This document shows, piece by piece, positions 27,792 through 37,062 of a stretch of 64,000 nucleotides of DNA; within the stretch, counting starts at the first letter, position 1; every line of letters begins with the position of its first letter. The DNA lies in assembly GCA_964518635.1 (NCBI GenBank), contig CAZFGK010000001.1, forward strand, positions 569 through 64,568. Reading direction: 5' to 3'. Below the pieces are notes generated by a model. That model saw nothing but the letters and a program-made list of their open reading frames with translations, ran no database searches and was not told the DNA's origin. The translations under genes and the position numbers were made by a program. This stretch comes from an uncultured Ignavibacteriales bacterium. GTDB lineage: Bacteria; Zixibacteria; MSB-5A5; GN15; FEB-12.

Positions 27792-30068
27792 TTACGGACA
27801 CGCTACACACACCGGCAGCGGCGTAAAAGTGATGAAGAGGTGGTCAACTAATAGAGTCAGGTCCGCAATGTCAATAGAACAGGGACCTACAATGCCATCA
27901 ATATTCCCTTCATCCTTGCAGCACAGGGGCGCGAACGAAATGAAGAGATGATCAACGAGCACCGTCAGATCTGCAATATCGACACTCTCCAATGGATCAC
28001 AGTCAACATTCCCGGTTGTTGGTCCCATGCAACAAAGCGGTCCGGGGCACGGCATAGGAAATGGATTCGGATCGAGTGGGCACGCATCACACGCGTCACC
28101 ACGCAAATCTCCGTCAGCATCTGCTTGAGTTGGGTTTGCGATTGTCGGACAGTTGTCGAACGGATCATCTACACCGTCACAGTCTCCATCATTTTGCGTT
28201 GGATTAAACAGTGTCGGACACTGATCGCAGGCATCGCCGAATCCGTCACCGTCCGTATCGAGTTGCCCAGCATTTGCAATGGTTGGACAATTGTCGCACG
28301 CTGCCCCCCAGCCATCGAGATCAAGATCCCCGAGACCTTCATCGGCTACGAGATTGCAGTTGTCATCCATGCCGTTGCAGAATTCAGGGCCACCCGGGTA
28401 GACAAATGGATTTGTATCATCACAGTCAACTGATCCCGGCCAGCCGTCATTATCAAGGTCATTATCCTTGAAGAATTCGGCATAAACATCCTGATCAGTC
28501 CCATTGCGAAAATCATTCCAGGTAAAGATCGGACGACCGCCAAACAGATCTCCGTCCAGATAGGTTCCGGTGAGAAATGAACCGATGCCATCGACTACCG
28601 TACTTACAGGTGGAGTGCCACCAGCATCAGAAAGACGACCATCAACCCAGGTGAGTCCTCCATCCATTGATGAAGACGCCCACACCTCAACGAGTGTATT
28701 TGCGGGATCATTTCTTCTGTCGTAATAGTGGATACAAATTTCTCCGGTCACATCGTTTACGACAATTTTAGGAGTCCATTGATCTCGACCATTGCTCAGT
28801 GGATCCTGATTGACTCGTATGGGTGCAGTCCACGAGCCGGGTACACCACCCGCAACTGAGGAACTGAAATAAATATCTGCGTCAAAATTGACCATGTCTG
28901 CCCATGCGAGATAGACATTACCCGGAGTGACCGGTCCCATATCTACAGCAAAAGAGACAGCATTGGCCGCACGTACTCCCCCCGCGAGGACCGGAAGAAG
29001 TGGCACTGTGATCATACCCGGAAGTGCTGCAGGTCCGAAACCTCCTGTAAGAACGCCGAACGCGCCGCCGAGAATCGGAGCGGCTGACGCATCAAGAAAG
29101 ATGATCGCACCATCTGTCCATGCAACGTACACACCTGTTGGTGGTACCGCGGGAGTACCAACTGGGCCAGCAACAGCAACCGATGGACGCATCGTCTCAT
29201 GTGTCCCAACGGCAACCGGAATAGGAAGGGGCATCAGAGGAACGCCGGGGGTAAATGCCGGGTACGTAAATGGAGATGCACCAAGAGTAGAACTCGACTG
29301 CACGAAAATCTGAAAGACATCGGCAGGGTCATTGAAGGGATTTCCATCTCCGTTGGCATCCAGATCGCCACCTTCGAAGCACTCGACGTAAGCGAGATTT
29401 ATCGAACCGTGGATTGGCGCGCCAGCCGGCATGAAATTCTGGATTTCAAGATCGGGATGATCAAACCATGTAGCACCTGCTACACCAAGCGCAAGCACGC
29501 CTGAGGGTGCGGGACCAACAAATGGAGCGCCAGCACCAAGTGGATTCACATTGACTACGATTCCGGATGGACCGGCGTACGCGGGGCCTGCATACCCTGC
29601 ACCCGCGTAGGCATATCCTCCAAGTGGGTGGGGCGCAATTGATGCATTTCTCTCAGCACCAAATGGAAGAGTTGGCGCAATCGGACCAAGCAATGCCCAT
29701 GTCCCCGCGCCTCCCCCTAGTGGAGACCATGCGTGCATATTGATGGTCGGACCCGGGCCGGGACCGCCGTATTGCGTCCAGGTAGAGTAGACTTCGCCGG
29801 CAACCGCACGGCTGAGTGCGACAGATGGGTTGTGGCTCTCGCCGCCCGGAGGAGCACCGCCATTGACGAATGCATTTGGTACGGATGCGGAACGTGAGGG
29901 AGTAGCGGGTCTGATAACTGACGGTGTCGTCTCACCCCCTGCAAGTCTCTTCTGCCAGAGTTCGACCGGATCATCATTCTGATTCGGCGATTGTGGGGAA
30001 AGGTCTGCTCCGACGAGGAACAGTGCAGAGACAACAACGAGCAGTCGCGTAACATGAGTCGCACGCAT
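27792..30068 (-). CDS. secreted mosaic protein with an Asp-box region, thrombospondin-type-3-like Ca-binding repeats and a paired dockerin-like Cys-containing C-terminus
   Basis: It has a signal peptide and an Asp-box SSSMDGGLTW. It carries repeats of the type DTDGDGFGDACDQCP / DADGDLRGDACDACP. Two C-terminal segments are GNVDCDPLESVDIADLTVLVDHLFISF and GNIDGIVGPCSIDIADLTLLVDHLFITF. Confidence 0.7.
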   Translation of the reverse strand: MRATHVTRLLVVVSALFLVGADLSPQSPNQNDDPVELWQKRLAGGETTPSVIRPATPSRSASVPNAFVNGGAPPGGESHNPSVALSRAVAGEVYSTWTQYGGPGPGPTINMHAWSPLGGGAGTWALLGPIAPTLPFGAERNASIAPHPLGGYAYAGAGYAGPAYAGPSGIVVNVNPLGAGAPFVGPAPSGVLALGVAGATWFDHPDLEIQNFMPAGAPIHGSINLAYVECFEGGDLDANGDGNPFNDPADVFQIFVQSSSTLGASPFTYPAFTPGVPLMPLPIPVAVGTHETMRPSVAVAGPVGTPAVPPTGVYVAWTDGAIIFLDASAAPILGGAFGVLTGGFGPAALPGMITVPLLPVLAGGVRAANAVSFAVDMGPVTPGNVYLAWADMVNFDADIYFSSSVAGGVPGSWTAPIRVNQDPLSNGRDQWTPKIVVNDVTGEICIHYYDRRNDPANTLVEVWASSSMDGGLTWVDGRLSDAGGTPPVSTVVDGIGSFLTGTYLDGDLFGGRPIFTWNDFRNGTDQDVYAEFFKDNDLDNDGWPGSVDCDDTNPFVYPGGPEFCNGMDDNCNLVADEGLGDLDLDGWGAACDNCPTIANAGQLDTDGDGFGDACDQCPTLFNPTQNDGDCDGVDDPFDNCPTIANPTQADADGDLRGDACDACPLDPNPFPMPCPGPLCCMGPTTGNVDCDPLESVDIADLTVLVDHLFISFAPLCCKDEGNIDGIVGPCSIDIADLTLLVDHLFITFTPLPVCVACP

Positions 30069-30372
30069 CTACTCCACCTCCTTAGTTCGATTGGCTGTGT
30101 CGTTGTCATTGACGAAGACAACGATCAGCACAATTCATTCCTAATACAGTATGTAGCGGACTTCTCTTTGCTCTCTTAGGGAAAGGTGCAATCGTTCACG
30201 ATCTCTTGCGATCAGCATCGTAGATCGAAGCGCGAGGTGCTTTATGTTTGTGAGTACTTCGTTTGGGTGATCCTGTCAGGATGTCACACCCATCTATAAA
30301 CCTATGTACTATTGAATTGAAGTCAAGGAAATCTCGCTGCCAATGCCCGTTTTCGGCGACGGTAGATCGAAT

Positions 30373-30864
30373 TTATTTTGGGTCGACTGGATGTTCCATG
30401 GACTGTGAGGTTTCATTGTCCGGAGGCGGGGCTTTAAAAAAAATGTGCTCGGGAATCTCAACTCGTGGTCGCGCAATGCCGAGATAGCGCTGATACCACT
30501 TCCAATTCTTCTTCTCTTCTTTCATGAATCGCTTGATGGCGATTTCCCGCTGATAGACAATCGCGTCCGCCGCTTCTATCTTCTGAATCAGCAGCTCTAT
30601 CGACGGGCGCTTTTCGAGTGCGGTCCGAACGGTATCGTAGTCCTTGAAATTAAAGACCGACTGAATCATCGGCTCAAAAAAAACCATCGCCTGCGACCCG
30701 ATAAAATTGAGCGGCTTCACTGATTCGAGGAAGATGATCGCCGGAACGGTCATCCCCCGTTTGACTACCTGATCGGACAGTTTCTCCAGTACGATATGCT
30801 CTTCCGGCGTCAGCGGATCGGCATTTGGCCCCATCGACTCTGAATCAGACTTGAACAGACTCAT
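30373..30864 (-). CDS. hypothetical protein (163 aa)
   Basis: The ORF start overlaps the stop of the upstream gene (ATGA at 30861-30864). It has a hydrophobic core, GMTVPAIIFLESVKPLNFIGSQAMVFFEPMI. I do not recognise the family. Confidence 0.5.
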   Translation of the reverse strand: MSLFKSDSESMGPNADPLTPEEHIVLEKLSDQVVKRGMTVPAIIFLESVKPLNFIGSQAMVFFEPMIQSVFNFKDYDTVRTALEKRPSIELLIQKIEAADAIVYQREIAIKRFMKEEKKNWKWYQRYLGIARPRVEIPEHIFFKAPPPDNETSQSMEHPVDPK

Positions 30865-31373
30865 GGACGTGAATCTTTCGGGAGTGTAGAATCCGGCAGC
30901 GACGCAGGAGTTTCTGAAGTGGTAACTGCGAGATGATGACGAACGAAGGTGAGGACTTCCTCACGATTTTTCTCAAATATCAGATACATTCCGCGGAAAT
31001 TTTCGAGTCGAGAGGGTCCAGCAAAGGGGGATATCAGTACTCCGTTCTTGTCGGGATAGCAGGAGCGAAACTGTGCCCACGCGCGTTGCTGCGTCCCAAA
31101 GGTCGACTTGATTGTCACCCCTTCAGAGTTCAGCTGATACTCTGTCGGCAGAAAAAAACGGCTGAGGGAGACCAGCATGACCACCATAAAGAAAATCCCG
31201 AGGGCAAGTGACCCGACATAGGCAGTGGTCAGAATCGGGACGAGCAACAGAACCAGACAGAGTCCACTACTTACTTTCCAGTCACGTTTGAATGGATGAA
31301 TTCGCCAGTTGAGTGTGGTGGAAGATTCAGATTCTGCTGAGGTCATGTGTGTCAGTGGCTGCGAAATGCTCAT
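30861..31373 (-). CDS. membrane protein with two TM helices and a PH-like soluble domain (unverified)
   Basis: 170 aa with a TM hairpin (SSGLCLVLLLVPILTTAYVGSLALGIFFMVVMLVSL) followed by a ~90-aa beta-rich domain. Confidence 0.5.
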   Translation of the reverse strand: MSISQPLTHMTSAESESSTTLNWRIHPFKRDWKVSSGLCLVLLLVPILTTAYVGSLALGIFFMVVMLVSLSRFFLPTEYQLNSEGVTIKSTFGTQQRAWAQFRSCYPDKNGVLISPFAGPSRLENFRGMYLIFEKNREEVLTFVRHHLAVTTSETPASLPDSTLPKDSRP

Positions 31374-31376
31374 TCC

Positions 31377-31592
31377 TTATTTCTTGAGCTGATCGGGAGT
31401 CCGATATCGTTCCTTTTTGACGGTCTCCATCATCTGCATCAACTCCTGAGGAGTGAACAGCTTTTTTTCGATCAGCAGCCGAACGAGTGCCTCCTGCGCG
31501 AGGTTGTTGGCGAGGGTCAGCTCTTCAAAGGTAATATCCCGCTCCTGCCCACCAGCAACCATTTTGAGCGCAACTTTTTTTTCTTCAGTCAT
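31377..31592 (-). CDS. small hypothetical protein (71 aa)
   Basis: The ATG at 31592 lies 10 nt after the upstream stop. The protein is helical and charged (MTEEKKVALKMVAGGQERDITFEEL...). I do not recognise the family. Confidence 0.4.
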   Translation of the reverse strand: MTEEKKVALKMVAGGQERDITFEELTLANNLAQEALVRLLIEKKLFTPQELMQMMETVKKERYRTPDQLKK

Positions 31593-31602
31593 TGTACACC
31601 TT

Positions 31603-33372
31603 TCATCGTATCCCCACTCCAAATGCCGCACCGCCGCGCCATTGACAGAGCCGCAGTGGTTGGTTCACTCGGTCGCCGTCGAAGGAGATCATGCCGGCAC
31701 TGCCGCAATCACGACTCCCGTCGATGAGCAGATTCGGATCAGCACTGATTCTCATCGCCAGAAGCATGGCATCGAAACCAAGACGTTCAAGACGCTGCGG
31801 TTGTTCGTCCGCTGGCTTCTTCCCCTTTGTACTCGCACGCATGCTTGCAAGTGCCGATTTCAGTTCATCTGCTTGCGTACAGCCGCGATCCAGAAGTGAT
31901 CCGGGGAAAAATGTCTGTGATACTATCGAACCGGCATCCGCAAAGACGGACTTTTCATTCCAGGCGGTCGAACCGAGAATCCCCCCCTGCACCGTATAGA
32001 ATGCCAACTGCGGCAGGAGTGTCCGCGCTTGCGTGGCAGAACAGGGGGCGTAGATGCAATCGACTCCCCCCGGTTGATGTTCCGGTTTGAGCGTGTCGCC
32101 AGCGGCATTGAGCATCACTCGCGTGCTGTCTACTCCGCGCCCGACTGAAATTTTCAGATCACTGAATATCGTACCGAAATCTTTTTGTCGAGGGTCATAG
32201 CTTCGCCGAAACAGGACAGTCCCGCCGTTTTCACTGAATACTTTTGCAAATGTCTCCCCCATGTACGCATAGTCAGGGAGATCAGGGACCAGGATTACCG
32301 CCGTATCAGCCCGCAGAAATTCCCTTGCTGATCGCGCCATCATCGTTGCCTCACCGACAATGGTTGGCGCGAGTTGATAGAGTCGAGGATGGAGGGATGT
32401 CAGTCCAGCATCTGATGCCGCCGGAATAAGTATTGGACACCGAAGATGACCTGCTGCCGCAGAAAATGCAGCCGCCTCTTCCGAAGTGAGCGGCCCGATC
32501 ACAAGATCGCACAGTGTGTCATGCAGTTGACGGGCGATCAGGGCAGCATCGACCGCACGGCTTCGGGTATCGTAGCGTCGAATGGTCAGATACGCCGATT
32601 CCCCCTGTACTGATCTCGCAGCCTCAATCCCGTCCGCTAGTTGCAATGCGAAGGGTGCATTTTCGCCGCTGAAGGGGAGTACCAGGGCGATGGTGATCTT
32701 TCCGGAACTGTTCGCAACGGGAAGTTGACAATTGCTTGCCAGAGTTTGAAGTGAAGGAATCTGCGTGAGCCGTTTTCCGACCGCACCAAGTGTTTTCACC
32801 AGTTCACAAAATGAGCTGGAAGATATTGGTGAAGGAAGAACGAGTGATTCAAGACGGAGATCAGAATGTCGCAGCAACGACTCAAGTGATCCCTTGGCTG
32901 AGGGAACAACGGCTGGGATATCACTTGTTGCGGCGATCAGATACCAACCGAAAGCATCGGTGAGTCGCGACTGCAACGTCGCAATATGACCTAATCGAAG
33001 TGATACAAATGACTGACGTTCAAAACTGATTGGTAGCTTGTGGGCAGCGGCAAGTGCACTCTGTGCAATCACCAGACTATCGAGCGCAAATGCAGCCGAA
33101 CCGGTCAGATATTGGATCGTCGCACGTTGCGAATCGGTCAGGCGGACCTGATCTATTGCGCGCAATTTCTGAAGGGAGCGAACAAAATCCCCTCGCTCAT
33201 AGAGCGACTGGGCATCACCCAGTGCTCGGGTCTCTTTCGCTTGTCCGAATACAGTTGAGAAGGAAATGAGAAAGAGAGAGAGCCCAACGAAAAACTGCAC
33301 GAATGACCAACGGTTCACGCGCGCGCCAATTGCCACGTGATGAGCTACTTTGCGGTCCGGTCGTTCCGGCAT
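31603..33372 (-). CDS. LpoA/LppC-like protein with an N-terminal TPR-like region and a type-I periplasmic-binding fold
   Basis: I placed the start at ATG 33372, 1 nt after the DUF151 stop. This leaves a signal anchor, FVQFFVGLSLFLISFSTVFGQ. ITIALVLPFSGENAPFALQLADGIEAA is typical of the Leu/Ile/Val-binding-fold family. Confidence 0.6.
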   Translation of the reverse strand: MPERPDRKVAHHVAIGARVNRWSFVQFFVGLSLFLISFSTVFGQAKETRALGDAQSLYERGDFVRSLQKLRAIDQVRLTDSQRATIQYLTGSAAFALDSLVIAQSALAAAHKLPISFERQSFVSLRLGHIATLQSRLTDAFGWYLIAATSDIPAVVPSAKGSLESLLRHSDLRLESLVLPSPISSSSFCELVKTLGAVGKRLTQIPSLQTLASNCQLPVANSSGKITIALVLPFSGENAPFALQLADGIEAARSVQGESAYLTIRRYDTRSRAVDAALIARQLHDTLCDLVIGPLTSEEAAAFSAAAGHLRCPILIPAASDAGLTSLHPRLYQLAPTIVGEATMMARSAREFLRADTAVILVPDLPDYAYMGETFAKVFSENGGTVLFRRSYDPRQKDFGTIFSDLKISVGRGVDSTRVMLNAAGDTLKPEHQPGGVDCIYAPCSATQARTLLPQLAFYTVQGGILGSTAWNEKSVFADAGSIVSQTFFPGSLLDRGCTQADELKSALASMRASTKGKKPADEQPQRLERLGFDAMLLAMRISADPNLLIDGSRDCGSAGMISFDGDRVNQPLRLCQWRGGAAFGVGIR

Positions 33373-33373
33373 G

Positions 33374-33883
33374 CTAGAGACTATATTTTCCGAAATCTTC
33401 GGGATTGAGTTTACGGAGTCGTTCACGAAGAGATTCCCGGTCGGTGGGCATCGCCGGAGGGGCCTCGGGATCGGATTCGGTCGCTTCACTGAGCTTCATG
33501 GTGAAGAGCTCTTCATTGACAAAAATACTCGCACCGGTCTTGAGTGCGAGAGCGATGGAATCAGAAGGGCGGGCATCAATCTGACGGTCAACCCCGGCCA
33601 TCTGAATATGAATGACTGCAAAAAATGTCTGATCACGCATGTCGGTTATTTCGATCCGCTGCACGATCCCGTTCAGCGATTCAATGACCCGTTTAAGAAG
33701 GTCATGAGTCAGCGGTCGTTTCGGATGCATCCCCGAAAGCTCCATCGCAATCGCCCATGCCTCGGCATGCCCGATCCAGATCGGCAGCACTTTATCGACA
33801 CTCTCCGACGCAAGAATGACAACCGGTGAATTGGTTGACATATCCATTGCCAGCCCTTCGAGTTTGACCTCGAGGAAGTTCAT
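33374..33883 (-). CDS. bifunctional nuclease family protein (DUF151)
   Basis: PVVILASESVDKVLPIWIGHAEAWAIAMEL and ARPSDSIALAL are typical of DUF151. Confidence 0.8.
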   Translation of the reverse strand: MNFLEVKLEGLAMDMSTNSPVVILASESVDKVLPIWIGHAEAWAIAMELSGMHPKRPLTHDLLKRVIESLNGIVQRIEITDMRDQTFFAVIHIQMAGVDRQIDARPSDSIALALKTGASIFVNEELFTMKLSEATESDPEAPPAMPTDRESLRERLRKLNPEDFGKYSL

Positions 33884-33894
33884 TGCGTGGTTGC

Positions 33895-34344
33895 TCAGCT
33901 CTGTTTCTTGATCACCCAGAGTTTTGCCGTCGCGGTCACATCTTTATCAACTTTGACCGGGATCGAATAAACACCCAATGCCTTGATTGGCTCTTCCAGC
34001 TCAATCGCACGCTTGTCGATCAGGACGCCATCTTTTTTCATCAATGCCGCGATATCAGCAGCAGTGACGGAACCAAACAAACGTTCCTCTTCACCGACCA
34101 TCACTTCTGCGGTCAGTTGAAGCTTCTCGATACCGAGCTTAATCTTCTCAGCGGCACCGCGACGTTTCTTGTCGCGTATCCCTTTCTGCATCTTGATGTC
34201 ATCAATCGAACGCAGATTCCCTTTTGTTGCAGGGATCGCCAGATGACGCGGAATCAGATAGTTACGTCCGTATCCATCCTTGACCTCGACCGTCTGACCG
34301 GCCTCGCCCAGTGTGGAAATGTCTTCTCGAAGAATCACTTTCAT
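33895..34344 (-). CDS. rplI: 50S ribosomal protein L9
   Basis: MKVILREDISTLGEAGQTVEVKDGYGRNYLIPRHLA. Confidence 0.9.
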   Translation of the reverse strand: MKVILREDISTLGEAGQTVEVKDGYGRNYLIPRHLAIPATKGNLRSIDDIKMQKGIRDKKRRGAAEKIKLGIEKLQLTAEVMVGEEERLFGSVTAADIAALMKKDGVLIDKRAIELEEPIKALGVYSIPVKVDKDVTATAKLWVIKKQS

Positions 34345-34381
34345 GAGGTCAACTCCTTATCTTCTATATAGCACTTCACGT

Positions 34382-35449
34382 TCATGATGACAACGGCTCC
34401 GCAGGGGTACTCAACCGTGTCCGAATATCCAGAAAACTGTCTACTAATCCTGCCACCATCAGGAGCGGAAAGAGATAGACAGAAAACAGAACCAATAACA
34501 TCCAGGCTCCGAGCCGTATCGGAAAGGGCCAGTGAAAATGGCTCATCAGAAAAGAGACAAGCGCAATACCACCAACCAGATAGACCAGAACCAGCACGAA
34601 AATCACGTTGTCGGCGACTCTCGTGAACGGCTCATCAAGTAGAAGTCGCACCACCAGAGCCGCGGTCAGGACCGGCATCAGCCCAAATGGAATCCGCAGA
34701 GATGGCAGAGCCATCCCTACACCCTGCAACGCGCTTACACTTCGCGCAAACAATACACCTCCGACTGCAACCGGTGTCAATTCACTGACAATCAAGAATC
34801 CCGGAAACACTCTCTCGATGAATCCCGTAATGTCGACTCCATACGCTGCCGCGCTGTCGTCAGCATTCATCGGTGTTGTCTTCGCCGTATCACCTATGAT
34901 TCCAGCTAATCCGGTCGAGTCCGACAAGATCGTTTGCACGCCAGACGAATTATTCGATCCTGAGCTGACCGATACTGAATCCGTCGGTATCAGAATAGAG
35001 ATGATCCGATCGTAATCTACCACCAGCCAAATCCCCGTCGCCAACAGACTGACTACCGCTCCGTAGAGCCATCTTTTTGCAGCAGACTGAACCGAACGCG
35101 TGAGCGTTCCGGTTACGAGTGCCGAACCGATCAGCCCGATCTGAGTAAAGAGAATCTGAACAAACGAGTCATTCAGATATCCCAGTACTAGTGAGAGCAG
35201 CACACTCGGCACCACTACCGCGGCGATGATCGCCGTGCTATACCGCCAGGAAACCAGTGCCAATCCGTGCCAGTACAACACGCTCAATGCCCAGACAACA
35301 ATCCCGAGCACGAGCAGCAGACTATCCTCAATCGAACCCTTTGGCGTTTGCAGATTTGCAAACCCAGCCAGGAGTGCAGCGAGGAAGCCATACCCGGCTC
35401 CCACCAGCAAGATTGCCGTCGGAAAACGGACCGGCTGGGGGGTGGTCAC
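34382..35449 (-). CDS. polytopic membrane protein (YybS/DUF2232-like by position)
   Basis: 355 aa with about 9-10 hydrophobic helices. It sits between rpsR and rplI, where DUF2232 proteins sit in Firmicutes. The sequence-level assignment is not verified. Confidence 0.55.
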   Translation of the reverse strand: MTTPQPVRFPTAILLVGAGYGFLAALLAGFANLQTPKGSIEDSLLLVLGIVVWALSVLYWHGLALVSWRYSTAIIAAVVVPSVLLSLVLGYLNDSFVQILFTQIGLIGSALVTGTLTRSVQSAAKRWLYGAVVSLLATGIWLVVDYDRIISILIPTDSVSVSSGSNNSSGVQTILSDSTGLAGIIGDTAKTTPMNADDSAAAYGVDITGFIERVFPGFLIVSELTPVAVGGVLFARSVSALQGVGMALPSLRIPFGLMPVLTAALVVRLLLDEPFTRVADNVIFVLVLVYLVGGIALVSFLMSHFHWPFPIRLGAWMLLVLFSVYLFPLLMVAGLVDSFLDIRTRLSTPAEPLSS

Positions 35450-35474
35450 CTGACTCTGAGCCGACTCGTCCGGA

Positions 35475-35711
35475 CTATTTATAGGTCTCAGCCGCGAACG
35501 GAAGGATGGCCATATGCCGTCCCCGCTTAATCGCCTGTGTCAATGTCCGCTGATGGGTCGAACAGGTGCCAGTCACGCGACGTGGGACGATCTTCCCTCT
35601 CTCGGAGAGAAAGCGGCGCAGCAGCCGTTCATCCTTATAATCGATGTAACTGATCTTGTTTTCACAAAAACGGCAGACTTTGCGACGTTTCTTATGGTCA
35701 AATTCAGCCAT
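35475..35711 (-). CDS. rpsR: 30S ribosomal protein S18
   Basis: [43 protein letters not shown]. Confidence 0.9.
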   Translation of the reverse strand: MAEFDHKKRRKVCRFCENKISYIDYKDERLLRRFLSERGKIVPRRVTGTCSTHQRTLTQAIKRGRHMAILPFAAETYK

Positions 35712-35714
35712 GGC

Positions 35715-36209
35715 TTAGTCCCTTCCTCCGTGTGAGTCGCCGCGATCACCACGATCACCACGATGTCCCCGGTCACCACGATCGCCGCGGTCACCTCGGT
35801 CACGACGGAATCCACCCGCCTCGCGGGCTTCACGTGCCTCATTGCGACGTTCACGCTCGGCCTGATCCTGGGCTTCAATCGCCGAGTGAAGTGCTTTTTG
35901 CTCTTCACGTACTTTTTCCGGATCCCCTTCGTACACGATGGTCAGATGACGCATGAAAATTTCATCCAGCCGGTAGGACCGTTCAAGCAGAGCGAGAAAT
36001 TCCGCAGGTGCATTGAACAGAATGCTGGTGAAATACCCCTGGGTCATTCCATTCACCGGATAGGCGAATCGACGAACTCCAAGGCGGTCTTCGACGACAA
36101 TCTTGCCGCCGGCGCCAGTGATCTGGGCAGTGATCTGTTTGACCGTGCGATCGAGCGTAGGTTCGTCGATCTGTGAGCTGACGACAAACGACGTCTCATA
36201 GAGACGCAT
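35715..36209 (-). CDS. rpsF: 30S ribosomal protein S6 with RGD-repeat C-terminal tail
   Basis: MRLYETSFVV...GVRRFAYPVNGMTQGYF is the S6 core. The tail is RRDRGDRGDRGDRGHRGDRGDRGDSHGGRD. Confidence 0.9.
   Translation of the reverse strand: MRLYETSFVVSSQIDEPTLDRTVKQITAQITGAGGKIVVEDRLGVRRFAYPVNGMTQGYFTSILFNAPAEFLALLERSYRLDEIFMRHLTIVYEGDPEKVREEQKALHSAIEAQDQAERERRNEAREAREAGGFRRDRGDRGDRGDRGHRGDRGDRGDSHGGRD
35736..35807 (-). repeat. eight tandem 9-nt units inside the rpsF 3' end
   Basis: Plus-strand units are GTCGCCGCG ATCACCACG ATCACCACG ATGTCCCCG GTCACCACG ATCGCCGCG GTCACCTCG GTCACGACG. Each encodes R-G-D or R-G-H on the minus strand. Confidence 0.8.
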
Positions 36210-36277
36210 CTGACCTCCCTTCGGGCAGTTACGGCCGCCCCCGGTGTCAGCGAGGTAAGGCGGCAGGGTTGTTTCTA

Positions 36278-36856
36278 CTATTTTTCGTCCGCCAGATGAT
36301 CAGCTTTGATCACCAGCGGGATTTCTTGGCGAACCGATAAGATAACCGACTCTCCCCCCCTGTCAATGGCTGCATCAATAAGAGTCCGTTCAGAAGCAGA
36401 AAAGGTGGAAAGGACAAAATCAGGGTGTGAAACATCCGCCGGACATGGCCCGACCCCGATTCGAAGGCGTGGAACCTGATTGTTCTCAAAGACTTCCATG
36501 ATCGACCGCAATCCCCGTTGCCCTGCCGAACTCCCCCCTTCCCGGTAGCGAAGAGCACCAACGGGGAGATAGAGGTCATCGACCACCACCAGAAAATCCT
36601 GTTGAGCGATCAATTCGGCCTCCAAAATCTGCCTCACTGCCAACCCGGAGCGATTCATGTAGGTCAGTGGTTTGACAAGAAGGACGGGATGATCCCCCAT
36701 TATGACTTCATGACTCTCCAGCAATTTCCCCTTTGTCTTTTTTGTCGAGCCGAGCTTGGCTACAAGGTGATCGACCAGCATGAAACCGACATTGTGACGG
36801 GTTGCAACGTACTCTTTCCCCGGATTTCCCAGACCTACGATGACACGAAATGGCAT
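36278..36856 (-). CDS. pth: peptidyl-tRNA hydrolase
   Basis: VIVGLGNPGKEYVATRHNVGFMLVD. Confidence 0.9.
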   Translation of the reverse strand: MPFRVIVGLGNPGKEYVATRHNVGFMLVDHLVAKLGSTKKTKGKLLESHEVIMGDHPVLLVKPLTYMNRSGLAVRQILEAELIAQQDFLVVVDDLYLPVGALRYREGGSSAGQRGLRSIMEVFENNQVPRLRIGVGPCPADVSHPDFVLSTFSASERTLIDAAIDRGGESVILSVRQEIPLVIKADHLADEK

Positions 36857-37062
36857 GGCGGCAAGTATAGGGAGAGATTCTTAACACCCAAAGTGAGAAG
36901 CTTTGCCGTAAAGCGTGATTACAGATCGATTTTTCGAGGAAAACTAGTCTGTCGCAGATTCTGATCGAGTAGACATCATCATGGACAGAATCGTATGAAT
37001 CCGTACATTACACGATGCGAAGTTTTCGAATCTCAACAACCGCTCATCATGGTACGCACACA

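Noticed and set aside
27792-28010. Duplicated C-terminal segment considered as a DGR template/variable repeat pair
   Set aside because: The two segments are adjacent in-frame protein repeats with roughly 70 percent DNA identity. Differences occur at all bases, not only adenines, and no reverse transcriptase is present.
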